A stretch of DNA of 8,173 nt. It comes from Amoeboradix gromovi X-113. Taxonomy: Eukaryota > Fungi > Sanchytriomycota. The notes beneath the pieces were generated by a model. The model had not been told where the DNA came from. It searched no databases and saw only the letters and a program-made list of their open reading frames with translations. Positions 6,766 through 8,173 of the stretch are shown piece after piece; within the stretch, counting starts at the first letter, position 1, and each line of letters starts with the position of its first letter. Position numbers and translations under genes: made by a program. The DNA is taken from the NCBI GenBank assembly GCA_018985225.1, contig JADGIF010000459.1:1-8173 (forward strand). Reading direction: 5' to 3'.

Positions 6766-7221
6766 ATGAGCTTGTTGTCTCGATTGTCAATGCTCAGAGA
6801 TAAAACTAATAAATGGCCATTCAGGTTAGGTGTTGCTGGTCTGATTCCATTTTACGTTGGTGCTCTTGGTTGTGTTCTTGCAAAAGATAACAGAACGGCT
6901 TCTGCTTGGAAACAATTTAATACAAAATATGGAGCCGTTATATTATCCTTTACTGGAGCTGTACATTGGGGATCTGCACTTACAACAATTTCTGCTATAA
7001 GATCCCGCCAATTCGTGTTTTCGGTGTTACCCACATTAGCTGGGTTCGGATCGTTATTCTGGGTACAGCCACTAGCTCTTATGTCTCAAAGTGCAATGTT
7101 TGCAGCTATTCCACTCTTTGAATATAAATATTTACCGACTGTACCTTGGTACATGCGATTGCGATTGGTACTTTCGGGTGGAGCATTTGTCGCCCAAACG
7201 ATTTGTAGCTTAGTAAAGTAA
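6766..7221 (+). CDS. DUF3429 / TMEM69-like membrane protein
   Basis: LGVAGLIPF, YGAVILSFTGAVHWG, SVLPTL and PWYMRLRLVLS are characteristic DUF3429 motifs; several hydrophobic helices. Confidence 0.88.
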   Translation: MSLLSRLSMLRDKTNKWPFRLGVAGLIPFYVGALGCVLAKDNRTASAWKQFNTKYGAVILSFTGAVHWGSALTTISAIRSRQFVFSVLPTLAGFGSLFWVQPLALMSQSAMFAAIPLFEYKYLPTVPWYMRLRLVLSGGAFVAQTICSLVK

Positions 7222-7258
7222 GAATAAAGATTTTTCAAACTGCTTTTCTAAATTATAT

Positions 7259-7576
7259 TTATTTACTGACGATACTTTTGAATGATCTGTCACAAAACTC
7301 GCACATTTCCACATCTTTATTACTGCATCCTTGACAGTCGTGAGTAGTCCAAGTAATCTGTACTTTGTTATATACGTTAAACCATTCTGGGTGGTGCTGT
7401 TTTCTCTCTGCTACATCTGCAATATCAGACATAAATTGAAAGGCTTCTTTAAAATTATCAAATACATACTCTTTTGAAATAGCATCCCTTGAAGGCATAG
7501 CATCCTTCCATCCGTTGCTAATTAGTGGCGCCAACGAGACAGTTCGATTTGAAAGTTTTGTAGCAGCAAAAGACAT
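7259..7576 (-). CDS. PCBD: Pterin-4-alpha-carbinolamine dehydratase (PCD/DCoH family)
   Basis: RDAISKEYVFDNFKEAFQFM, AERKQHHPEWFNVYNKVQITWTTHD..G.S.KD family signature. Confidence 0.96.
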   Translation of the reverse strand: MSFAATKLSNRTVSLAPLISNGWKDAMPSRDAISKEYVFDNFKEAFQFMSDIADVAERKQHHPEWFNVYNKVQITWTTHDCQGCSNKDVEMCEFCDRSFKSIVSK

Positions 7577-7995
7577 AGGAGAGTTTTAACTAAATATCAC
7601 GGCGTTTACAGAGTAGCTAAGAAAACAGGGCTTGAAAAATCTAACTGTTAATTAAAATCATTTTTCCAATGGGCATTTAAAAATATTTGATTATATGAAG
7701 TTTTAAATGTGGTGATCGAAACTATTGGGACATGCTCTATGAAAGTAGGCTGGAGGAATAAAGGAGATGCCGAAAAGAAAAAGAAAAGAAAAATTTGGGT
7801 GCAAACTTAGCAGCACTCTAAAAAAGCTCTCAAAATCATATGACACGTATCATATCGGTGCCTCGCACTTAGATTAAGCATGATAACCAGAAAACTTAAG
7901 TGAATTTATAAATATAATTAACAATATGGTTTCAGCGTCACCTTCCATAGACTACTAGCATTTCCTTGAGTTGGTATATTAATACCCATAACCAA

Positions 7996-8173
7996 ATGCT
8001 GAATCTATCTCATTGTCTAGAGCCATCTTCTGTCACCATCTATGACCTATCTCTCATCAATACAAGATCAGAGCATCTAATTGAGAGAAATGTATCTGGG
8101 ACATCAAATATAAAAACTGAACTAACTTTATGTAACAACTTGGAACATTATTTAAGAAGCGAGTGGACATTCA
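7996..8173 (+). CDS. Possible 5' fragment of a hypothetical gene running off the window
   Basis: ATG at 7996 opens a frame with no stop to the window edge (MLNLSHCLEPSSVTIYDLSLINTRSEHLIERN...EHYLRSEWTF); no recognisable motif. Confidence 0.25.
   Translation, partial: MLNLSHCLEPSSVTIYDLSLINTRSEHLIERNVSGTSNIKTELTLCNNLEHYLRSEWTF

Noticed and set aside
5308-7034. Small ORFs 5308-5529, 5543-5788, 6018-6230, 6347-6589 and 6852-7034
   Set aside because: Shadow or alternative-frame ORFs overlapping confidently identified L21, SDH2 and DUF3429 genes.

Overview
Gene-dense, AT-rich eukaryotic nuclear DNA, most consistent with a compact early-diverging fungus or relative; standard genetic code, since TAA/TAG end conserved genes. 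Host genes: a ~580-aa orphan, a NIMA/NEK-type kinase, an RGS-domain plus DUF4395-like membrane protein, mitochondrial ribosomal bL21m, SDH2, a DUF3429/TMEM69-like protein and pterin-4a-carbinolamine dehydratase. Two things stand out. (1) A GC-richer insert at ~4005-4930 is a decayed, internally deleted Fanzor1-like (eukaryotic TnpB) gene whose 3' end still carries a well-paired omegaRNA-like scaffold (three stem-loops plus a pseudoknot), i.e. a candidate non-autonomous guide-RNA locus. (2) SDH2 and probably the kinase are each split by a 19-nt GT-AG intron with the shared pattern GTATTnnTTAATAATnTAG, which the ORF track missed. All family assignments come from motif recognition by eye, not from database searches.
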